A stretch of 12,194 nucleotides of DNA, from positions 1 to 12,194 of the forward strand of contig JANMKN010000326.1 of the NCBI GenBank assembly GCA_031372065.1, read 5' to 3'. This DNA comes from Abditibacteriaceae bacterium. Lineage in GTDB: Bacteria > Armatimonadota > Abditibacteriia > Abditibacteriales > Abditibacteriaceae. Below the pieces are notes generated by a model. That model saw only the letters and a list, made by a program, of their open reading frames with translations, was not told the origin of the DNA and made no database searches. This document shows, one piece after another, positions 1 through 7,500 of this stretch; within the stretch, counting starts at the first letter, position 1; every line of letters starts with the position of its first letter. Made by a program: the position numbers and the translations under genes.

Positions 1-234
1 GTTGGAACAACCTCGCTTTTACGAAGTATGGCGCTCTTGAAAAACTCCGTCAACAAAAGGTTGCAGGGATGCTTCCAGAGCGGTTTTGGCAAAAATACTG
101 AAAACTGGCGTGCCAGTGGCTTGCCAAAGGCGTGCGGTAAACAATATCTTACCGCTAAGTGGCATTTGCTTCATACTGAAGGGCATTAATGGTGCGAAGT
201 GGTTTAAAAGAAACACGGGTGCAAGGAGAAAGCG

Positions 235-738
235 ATGAGCAACGAGTCATTTCACAGCGCTGAAGTCGGGAAAAACGGCGCGACGCCGTCTGTTGCAACA
301 AAGGATTCAGCGTCTGAAATGGAGGAGCCAAACTTTACCGAGCGTCGTGGCGGCGACCGGCGCACGGGTGATCGTCGCACCGAAGAAAGACGCCTTCTTA
401 GCCGACGCGATGAAGAGCGGCGCAGCAGTGACCGCCGGTTTCTCACGATGGAAGAATTGGAAGCCGAAGATGAAGCTGAAGAATCCGAAATGCGCCGCGA
501 GGCCGGATTATGGCCTTCGCTGGACTGGCGGGCCGGTGATAAGCGCGCTACGCAGCGCCGCGCCAGCGAACGGCGCATTGATGACCGTCGCGAAGAAGAG
601 CGGCGCAAAAGTGATCGCCGAGCGCGCGGGCGGCGCAAAAGTGATTTGCGTGAGGATTTGTATCACGGCCAGATTCAACTCGAAGAAGATATTGACGACT
701 TGTTTGAAGCGGGCGAATACAAAGGTGGTTCCGATTGA
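235..738 (+). CDS. Hypothetical low-complexity protein with two blocks of 5-residue [D/E]RRxx repeats
   Basis: 167-aa ORF with AAGGAG RBS at 223-228 before ATG 235. The repeat phase is kept in the protein (ERRGG DRRTG DRRTE ERRLL SRRDE ERRSS DRRFL) while codons vary. A terminator-like hairpin follows. Confidence 0.8.
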   Translation: MSNESFHSAEVGKNGATPSVATKDSASEMEEPNFTERRGGDRRTGDRRTEERRLLSRRDEERRSSDRRFLTMEELEAEDEAEESEMRREAGLWPSLDWRAGDKRATQRRASERRIDDRREEERRKSDRRARGRRKSDLREDLYHGQIQLEEDIDDLFEAGEYKGGSD

Positions 739-758
739 ATCTTGCTTTCGCTGGAGAC

Positions 759-793
759 AACGGCCTGTTGATAGGACTTAGCAGGTCGTTTTT
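759..793 (+). terminator. Probable intrinsic terminator
   Basis: AACGGCCTGTTGA (759-771) pairs with TTAGCAGGTCGTT (778-790): 13 bp, all three non-Watson-Crick positions are G-U on the + strand, 6-nt loop, ending in TTTTT (789-793). Confidence 0.6.
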
Positions 794-910
794 CATTAAA
801 TCGGACTGTTCGTAAAATCACCCGCGCCGCAACTGTTGTTCTGTGTCAAAATCAAATTGAGCCGATGTTTAACAACGCAACGGCGTAAAAATGGAGCGAC
901 AAACAAAGTT

Positions 911-2644
911 GTGAATAAAAATATAAATTCGAATGTTATAGATGAGGAAATGGCGCGCCGTGAAGAACGAAAGCGCGAAGTTTATTTCAGCAACTTTGAT
1001 GACCTGCCTTCTATTAATTTTGAGCAAGCTGAAGCCGCTTTGCGTTTTGAAGAGCGCCTAAAATTACTCAACGAAATCGGTCTGGCACTGTCGGCAGTGC
1101 GCGATATTGACGTGCTGTTGGATTTGATTTTGTCCAAAGCGCGCGAATTGACGGGTTCTGATGCCGGCAGTTTGTATTTAATAGATACCTCGGACACGGC
1201 GGCCACAAGCGACGACACGCTGTATTTTCGCAAGGCGCAGAACGATTCGATTCATGTTGATACATCGCGCTCGTTTCCGGTTTCTTCGTCCAGTCTGGCC
1301 GGTTATGTGGCCCTGACCGGCGAAACGCTGTCGTTCGAGGACGTTTATCACCTGCCGACGAACGCGCCTTATCAGTTCAACCCTTCGTTTGATGATGCCA
1401 ACCGTTATCGCACCAAAAGTGTGTTGGTTGTGCCGATGCTCAACCACAAAGGCGGAATACTTGGCGTTTTGCAACTCATCAACCGCAAGCGGCACCGCGA
1501 GGTCAAATTAAAAGATGTCGAAACCGTTATGCATGAGGTTTTGCCCTTCGATAAAGAGCTAATAGATTTGGCGGCTTCTTTGGCTTCGCAGGCGGCGGTA
1601 GCAGTGCAAAACAGCCTTTTTGTAGACAGTATTCGAGACTTGTTTCGCTCGTTTGTAGATGCTTCCTCGCGCGCCATTGAAGACCGGGATAAATACACCA
1701 GTGGTCACTCGCTGCGCGTCACGCAGTTGACGATGGCAATGGCCCGCGCCGCGCACGCCACAACAGAAGGGCCTTTTAAAGGTGTGCATTTCACATCTAC
1801 CGAATTGGATGCCTTGGAATATGCCGGTATGTTGCATGACTTCGGCAAAATCGGCGTGCCCGAATATGTTCTCACCAAAAGTCATAAGTTAGAGCGGGCT
1901 TCTTTTGAAAAAACCAAAGGTCGCATTTTCGCTTTGCGTCAGGAGCGCCGCGCTTTTTACGCCGGACAAATCGCCTGCGTTTGGCGCGACCATGCCGGAC
2001 AGCCCGACAGCATCGCAAAAGCCGAAGCTGCCAGCGCCGAGTTAGAACAAAAACTGCACGACGAACTGGAAGATTTCGGGGATATTTTACAGATTCTCAC
2101 GCGCGCCAACGATCCCGCCGTGACGTTTTTGCCGGACGACGAATATGCACGCCAACAACAATTCGTGCAGCGCTTGGCGAACATGACTTACGAAGATGAA
2201 AATGGCGGGCGCCAGCCCATTATCGGCGAGGAGGAAATTCTCGCCTTGAGCATCCGCAAAGGCAGCCTGACGCAAGACGAATTCAAGCAGATTCAAAGTC
2301 ACGCGCAGTTGTCGTATGAATTTTTGAGCAAGATTAAATGGACAGACGAATACGCGCGCATTCCGTTAATCGCGTGGGGCCATCACGAAAAATTGAATGG
2401 CAAAGGTTATCCGCGCGGCGTGACGGCGCCTGATATTCCGCTCGAAACGCGCATGATGACCGTCGCCGATATTTACGAAGCGCTGACCGCCGAACGCCCT
2501 TACAAGCGCCCGATGCCGTGGGAACGCGCTTTGTCCATTCTTTCCCAAGAAGCCGACAAAGGCGACCTTGACCGCGACGTAGTGGACTTATTTATCCAAG
2601 AAAAAATCTACGAAGTGTTGCAAGACAAAAACCGCAGCGAGTAA
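911..2644 (+). CDS. GAF domain + HD-GYP cyclic di-nucleotide (probably c-di-GMP) phosphodiesterase
   Basis: GAF motifs (SDAGSLYL, SLAGYVALTGE, YRTKSVLVVPM, GVLQLIN). HD-GYP motifs EDRDKYTSGHSLRV, LHDFGKIGVP, HHEKLNGKGYPRG, ADIYEALTAERPYK. Start is uncertain: GTG 911 chosen, ATG 950 or TTG 836 possible. Confidence 0.92.
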   Translation: MNKNINSNVIDEEMARREERKREVYFSNFDDLPSINFEQAEAALRFEERLKLLNEIGLALSAVRDIDVLLDLILSKARELTGSDAGSLYLIDTSDTAATSDDTLYFRKAQNDSIHVDTSRSFPVSSSSLAGYVALTGETLSFEDVYHLPTNAPYQFNPSFDDANRYRTKSVLVVPMLNHKGGILGVLQLINRKRHREVKLKDVETVMHEVLPFDKELIDLAASLASQAAVAVQNSLFVDSIRDLFRSFVDASSRAIEDRDKYTSGHSLRVTQLTMAMARAAHATTEGPFKGVHFTSTELDALEYAGMLHDFGKIGVPEYVLTKSHKLERASFEKTKGRIFALRQERRAFYAGQIACVWRDHAGQPDSIAKAEAASAELEQKLHDELEDFGDILQILTRANDPAVTFLPDDEYARQQQFVQRLANMTYEDENGGRQPIIGEEEILALSIRKGSLTQDEFKQIQSHAQLSYEFLSKIKWTDEYARIPLIAWGHHEKLNGKGYPRGVTAPDIPLETRMMTVADIYEALTAERPYKRPMPWERALSILSQEADKGDLDRDVVDLFIQEKIYEVLQDKNRSE

Positions 2645-2678
2645 ACAAGACCTCACAGCAGCAAAACACGGCAGTGGG

Positions 2679-2909
2679 ACGCGAAAATCAGTCGGAATCG
2701 CGCCAAGATTAGTCGGAATGGTGAGAAGATTAAGACTAATCACGCCAAGATTAAGGCTAATCACGCCAACATTAAGGCTAATCACGCCGAAATTAAGACC
2801 AATCGTGCCAAGATTGGGACTAATCACGCCAAGATTAGTCTTAATTTCGGCGCGATTAGTCTTAATCTTCTCACCATTCCGACTAATCTTGGCGCGATTC
2901 CAACTAATA
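2679..2909. repeat. 21-bp tandem repeat array (11 units) whose distal part is inverted, giving a 76-bp inverted repeat
   Basis: Units such as ACGCCAAGATTAAGGCTAATC at exact 21-nt spacing (2679, 2700, 2721, 2742, 2763, 2784, 2805, 2826, 2847, 2868, 2889). 2694-2741 is the perfect 48-bp reverse complement of 2854-2901, extendable to 2687-2762 / 2833-2908 with 6 mismatches. Confidence 0.95.
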
Positions 2910-3151
2910 AACCTCTTGCAAAAGGAGAGAAAAGCGGGACTGACGCACTATTTGGCGCATTTCACAGGCGATTAGGAGTTACGCAGTGGGTTATCAGCGC
3001 GGCAAAGGTGGCCGCAAAGTGGCTTGGGCGCGATGGCATCTTGAAATACCACTTAATAAGGAGATTTTAATCTTGTCTTAGGTTTTTTCGTTGAACTTTC
3101 CAGCGGCCTTTCATTTGCATTTTGGTGATGCGAAGTTTTAAGGACAACATT

Positions 3152-4225
3152 ATGAAAATGCCCAGTGGGAAAGAGTTCGTTGAACTCTTAAAAGATAGTT
3201 GCGCCGAGTTCAGCGAGGATAAAGCGCCGCGTTTGGGCGCGGCTTTGTCGTATTACACCATTTTTTCAATGGCGCCTTTGTTGGTTGTCATAATGGGCCT
3301 TGTGGGCTTGTTTTATTCGGGCGCGGATGCCGCGTTGCAAAAGCAAATTGCCGATATGGTGGGTGAAAGCGCCGCGAGTGCCATTTCCGATATTTTGAAA
3401 AATGCCCATCAAAACAAAACCGGCGGCATCGTGGCGACGATTATGGGCACGATTACGCTTTTATTGGGTGCGGGTGGCCTTTTTGGGCAGTTGCAGGACG
3501 CGCTGAACACGATTTGGGAAGTGCAACCAAAGCCGGGTCAAGGCTTTATGGCGATGATTAAAAATCGCTTTTTATCGTTTTCGATGGTGCTTTGCACAGG
3601 CTTCTTTTTGCTGGTTTCGTTGGTAGCGAACGCTTTGATTACCAGTCTCAGCACTTACATGGAAAGCGTGCTGCCAATTCCCGGTTTTGTCTTGCAATTA
3701 GTGAATTTCGTCGTGGCTTTTGCTTTGATTACGTTGATGTTTGCGGCGATTTATAAAGAATTGCCGGACGCGGAAATCGGCTGGCGCGATGTTTGGGTCG
3801 GCGCGGCGATGACTTCGTTTTTGTTTGGCGTTGGCAAATATGCCCTGGGCCTTTATTTGGGCAAAAGCAGCGTTGGCTCGGCTTATGGCGCAGCGGGCAG
3901 CCTCGCCGTTTTGCTTTTATGGATTTATTACGCGTCGCAGATTTTGTTTTTCGGTGCGGAATTTACGCAGGTTTACGCAAAAAAATACGGCTCCAATATT
4001 TTGCCTTCGGATCACGCCGAAGCCGTGACTGCCGAAGCGCGGGCGCAACAAGGTATGAAGTCTGATAATTCGCCGGTGCCCGACGGCGCTTCTGTGGTTT
4101 TGCATCCGCAGGGCTTGGGCGACAAGCCGAAAACTGCAACGCAAAAAGATTTGGAATTTCTCTGGCCTGCCGCCGTTGGCTTCTTTGGCATTTTATTTTT
4201 GGCCGGACGCCGCCGAAAATCGTGA
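3152..4225 (+). CDS. YihY/virulence factor BrkB family inner-membrane protein
   Basis: Family-typical motifs RLGAALSYYTIFSMAPLL, LQDALNTIWEV, IYKELPDAEIGWRDVWVGA, SAYGAAGSLAVLLLWIYYASQILFFGAEF and several hydrophobic helices. AAGGA RBS at 3140-3144 favours ATG 3152 over TTG 3122. Confidence 0.92.
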   Translation: MKMPSGKEFVELLKDSCAEFSEDKAPRLGAALSYYTIFSMAPLLVVIMGLVGLFYSGADAALQKQIADMVGESAASAISDILKNAHQNKTGGIVATIMGTITLLLGAGGLFGQLQDALNTIWEVQPKPGQGFMAMIKNRFLSFSMVLCTGFFLLVSLVANALITSLSTYMESVLPIPGFVLQLVNFVVAFALITLMFAAIYKELPDAEIGWRDVWVGAAMTSFLFGVGKYALGLYLGKSSVGSAYGAAGSLAVLLLWIYYASQILFFGAEFTQVYAKKYGSNILPSDHAEAVTAEARAQQGMKSDNSPVPDGASVVLHPQGLGDKPKTATQKDLEFLWPAAVGFFGILFLAGRRRKS

Positions 4226-4293
4226 GGCAAAAGCGTTTTACAAGACGCATCCAAGCTGTCCACTCGCCGCTTATCACTATATTGTGCTTTTTC

Positions 4294-4321
4294 GCCCGCC
4301 CAAAAGCGGGCTTTTGGTTTT
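4294..4321 (+). terminator. Probable intrinsic terminator after the YihY gene
   Basis: GCCCGC (4294-4299) / GCGGGC (4306-4311) stem, 6-nt loop, followed by TTTTGGTTTT. Confidence 0.55.
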
Positions 4322-4331
4322 ACCTATGCGC

Positions 4332-4361
4332 TTGCCTTGTTAAAATTTTTTGTGCTATAAT
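4332..4361 (+). promoter_or_regulatory. Sigma70-type promoter for gltBD
   Basis: TTGCCT (4332-4337), 18-nt spacer, perfect TATAAT (4356-4361) with extended -10 TG at 4353-4354. Predicted transcription start ~4367-4368. Confidence 0.75.
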
Positions 4362-4367
4362 GCGCGG

Positions 4368-4546
4368 CTCAGAGCGATTATTTCCAGACGGAATTTTCAG
4401 GCCCCGAATTGCGATGAGATTGGCAACGGCGGGCGCAGGCAGCCTCCGACACAGCACAGATTAACAATTCGATTGCAGCTTCTGAGAGGCTTTCGCCGGC
4501 AAAAAGTAAGTCCGGCGAGGGCCGCTTTGTTCTTTGATTTTTGTTT
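4368..4546 (+). promoter_or_regulatory. Structured 5' leader of gltB: candidate riboswitch or attenuator with terminator and antiterminator
   Basis: Nested stems CTCAGAG(4368-4374)/TTCTGAG(4480-4486) and CGAATTG(4405-4411)/CAATTCG(4465-4471). Terminator-like stem 4488-4499/4512-4523 with T-rich tail. Alternative pairing of 4427-4446 with 4486-4498. I do not recognise it as a known family. Confidence 0.5.
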
Positions 4547-4586
4547 AGTGATGCTGCACTTTAGACGATTTGAGAAAGGTGAGACG

Positions 4587-7500
4587 ATGACGTTTCCCAC
4601 TACAAAAAAAGGTGTTCCTGCCCGTCAGGGACTTTACGACCCTCGCCATGAACACGATGCGTGTGGCATTGGTGCGGTTGTGCATATCAAAGGCGCCAAG
4701 TCGCATTCTATTGTGCGTCAGGGACTTCAGATTTTGGTCAACCTCGACCATCGCGGCGCTCGCGGCGCCGAAGTTTGCACGGGCGATGGCGCGGGCATTT
4801 TACTGCAAATGCCTCACGACTTTTTCACCTCTGTCGTGGAAGGTTTCACCTTGCCCGAAATCGGCGCTTATGGCGTCGGATTTTTGTTTTTGCCCAAAGA
4901 CGACGCGCAGCGCGCAGCACAAGAACAAAAGCTCGCGGCTATCATCGCCGAAGAAGGCCAAATCGTCCTCGGTTGGCGCACTGTGCCGACTAATAATGCG
5001 GATTTAGGCCAATCGGCGATTGATGCCGAACCGTCCATGCGTCAGGTTTTCATTGGCCGCAGCGCGCAAGTCTTCGCAAAGCAAGAAAGCGATGCGCTGG
5101 CGTTCGAGCGCAAACTTTATGTCATCCGCAAGCGCGCCGAGCATGAAATCCATTACTCCAAAATGCCGGGCGGCGACGATTTCTATGTGCCCAGTTTGTC
5201 CGCGAAAACTATCGTTTACAAAGGTATGCTGACGCCCGATCAGGTGGATTCCTATTTTCCTGATCTGAGCGATGAACGCATGGTGTCGGCGCTGGCTTTA
5301 GTCCATTCACGTTTCTCCACCAACACATTTCCCAACTGGGATCGCTCACATCCTTATCGTTATATCATTCACAACGGCGAAATCAATACTTTGCGCGGCA
5401 ATGCCAACTGGATGTTCGCGCGGCAAAAACAGGTGGCTTCGGAAGTCTTCGGCGAAGACCTCGAAAAATTGTTTCCCGTCATTGATACGGATTCCAGCGA
5501 TTCGGGCCAGTTCGACAACGTGCTGGAATTCCTTTATCTTGGCGGGCGGCCATTGGCGCAGGCCGTCATGATGATGATTCCTGAGCCGTGGGCCAAACAC
5601 GAAGGTATGAGCGCCGAAAAGCGCGCCTTTTATAATTATCACGCGAGTTTGATGGAGCCGTGGGACGGCCCCGCTTCGATTGGTTTCACCGATGGCACCA
5701 GTTTGGGCGCGGTTTTGGATCGCAATGGACTTCGTCCGTCGCGCTTTTATGTGACCAGCGATGACTTGGTAATTTTGGCCTCGGAAGCGGGTGTTTTGGA
5801 TGTTGACCCAGCCAAAGTTGTCCAAAAAGGCCGTTTGCAGCCGGGTCGTATATTTTTGGTGGACACCGAAGCCGGACGCATCATTGGCGACGAGGAAATC
5901 AAACAAAAATTTGCGAGCGAATATCCGTATCGTGAATGGCTTGAGGCGAATCTCAAAAAACTCGAAGATTTGCCGCCCGCCGAAAATGTTCCACAGCCTG
6001 ATCATCACACGATTTTGCAGCGCCAACTGGCGTTTGGTTACACCTTTGAAGAATTGCAGATGATTATTGGCCCGATGGCACTCAATGGCATTGAACCGGT
6101 TGGTTCGATGGGCAACGATGCGCCGCTGGCCATTCTTTCGCGCAAACCGCAACTGCTGTCGTCGTATTTCAAACAGTTGTTCGCGCAGGTGACGAATCCG
6201 CCGATTGATGCCATCCGCGAGGAAATTATCACTGGCACCAATTTGCGTTTGGGCGCCGAAGGCAATTTGCTAAAACCAACGCCGGAAAGTTGCCGCCAAA
6301 TCGAAGTCGAAAACCCGTTTTTGTCGAATGAAGAATTGGCAAAGCTGCGCGATTATAGCGCGCCCGGCTTCCAAAGTGTGACGCTGCCGATTTTATTCGA
6401 CCCGCGCACCGACGGCGATGGCCTTGAAAAAGCGTTGGACGATTTATTCGCGCAGGCCGATAAAGCCATCGAAGACGGCGCCACGATTTTAATTTTGTCG
6501 GATAGAGGCGTGGACGAAAAACGGGCGCCGATTCCGTCGCTTTTAGCGTCGGCGGGCTTGCATCATCACTTAATCCGTCAGGGCACGCGCACCAAAATCG
6601 GTTTGGTTTTGGAAAGCGGTGAGCCGCGCGATGTGCATCAATTCGCCACGCTGATTGGCTACGGCGTCAGCGCTATCAACCCGTATCTGGCGTTTGAAAC
6701 CTTAGACGACATGATTCGCAGCGAAATGCTCAAAGGCATCAAGCACGAATACGCCGTCGAAAAATTCAAAAAAGCGGCTGTCAAAGGCGTTGTGAAAACG
6801 ATGGCTAAAATGGGCATCTCGACCATTCAAAGCTATTGCGGCGCGCAGATTTTTGAAGCGGTGGGCTTGTCTTCGGCGCTGATTGACAAGTATTTCACAT
6901 GGACAAGTTCGCGCGTCGAAGGCATCGGCCTCAAAGAAATCGCCGAAGAAATTCGCACGCGCCACGAACGCGCTTATCCGCCGCGCGATATTGAAGTGGA
7001 TCAGACATTGGACGCTGGTGGGCAGTATCAATGGCGTCGCCACGGCGAGTTTCACACTTTCAATCCGCAAACTGTCCATAAGTTGCAACAGGCCTGTCGG
7101 CGCGGTAGTTATGAAGCATTTAAAGATTACACGCGCTTGTTGAACGAAGAAGCCACGCAAGCCAACAATTTGCGCGGACTTTTGGAGTTTAAATTCGCCG
7201 AAAATCCGATTTCGATTGACGAAGTGGAATCGGTAGAGGAAATCGTCAAGCGTTTCAAAACCGGCGCCATGAGCTACGGCTCCATTTCCGGCGAAGCGCA
7301 CGAAGCCTTAGCTATTGCCATGAACCGTTTGGGCGGCAAAAGCAATACGGGCGAAGGCGGCGAAGACCCAGCGCGTTATTTCCCCGAAGCCAACGGCGAC
7401 TCGAAAAACTCGGCGATTAAACAAGTCGCGTCGGGGCGTTTTGGCGTGACCAGCAATTATCTGGTCAACGCCAAAGAATTGCAAATCAAAATGGCCCAAG

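Noticed and set aside
19..216. 65-aa minus-strand ORF
   Set aside because: No recognisable motif or RBS, and it overlaps the likely promoter region of the gene at 235.
252..796. Overlapping ORFs 252-638(-), 293-781(+) and 548-796(-)
   Set aside because: Shadow frames of the repetitive 235-738 gene, which alone has a strong RBS and a downstream terminator.
2661..2686. GCAAAACAC-GGCA-GTGGGACGCGAAA resembles the 5' half of a c-di-GMP-I riboswitch
   Set aside because: The stem is too short, the loop is not GNRA, no P3 or receptor half follows, and ACGCGAAA is explained as the first 21-bp repeat unit. A disrupted remnant cannot be excluded without cmscan.
2679..2909. CRISPR or guide-RNA array
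   Set aside because: No unique spacers: the 7-nt linkers are themselves repeated, the period is only 21 nt, orientation flips mid-array, and no cas-like gene is adjacent.
2718..2975. 85-aa ORF with RLRLITP repeats, and the antisense 79-aa ORF 2588-2827
   Set aside because: These are translations of the 21-bp DNA repeat. There is no RBS, and the DNA dyad symmetry explains the sequence better than coding does.
2999..3025. GGCAAAGGTGGCCGCAAAG, another c-di-GMP-I-like word pair
   Set aside because: No tetraloop hairpin between the motifs and no P3 stem.
3057..3081. Strong RBS-like TAAGGAG followed by TTG
   Set aside because: The frame closes at once (TTG TCT TAG), with no support for a functional peptide.
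4260..4280. Degenerate CCACTCG-CCGCTTA-TCACTAT resembling the gltB-gltD heptamer
   Set aside because: Too degenerate and without a matching inverted arm; could be chance.
4368..4490. Assigning the gltB leader to T-box, SAH, glutamine-I/II, ykkC or ANTAR families
   Set aside because: Only isolated words match (GAGCG, TCAGGCC, CAACGGCG). The T-box GGTGGNACC, the SAH pseudoknot complement, the ykkC core and the twin hexaloop hairpins are absent.
4350..4586. 79-aa N-terminal extension of GltB in the ORF track
   Set aside because: It begins inside the promoter, crosses the leader terminator and has no GltB-like sequence. ATG 4587 has a good RBS and a normal pro-peptide length before the catalytic Cys.
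5346..7301. Long antisense ORFs inside gltB (268 aa and 199 aa) and similar ones in gltD, HD-GYP and YihY
   Set aside because: Expected antisense shadows of strongly codon-biased genes, with no independent motifs.
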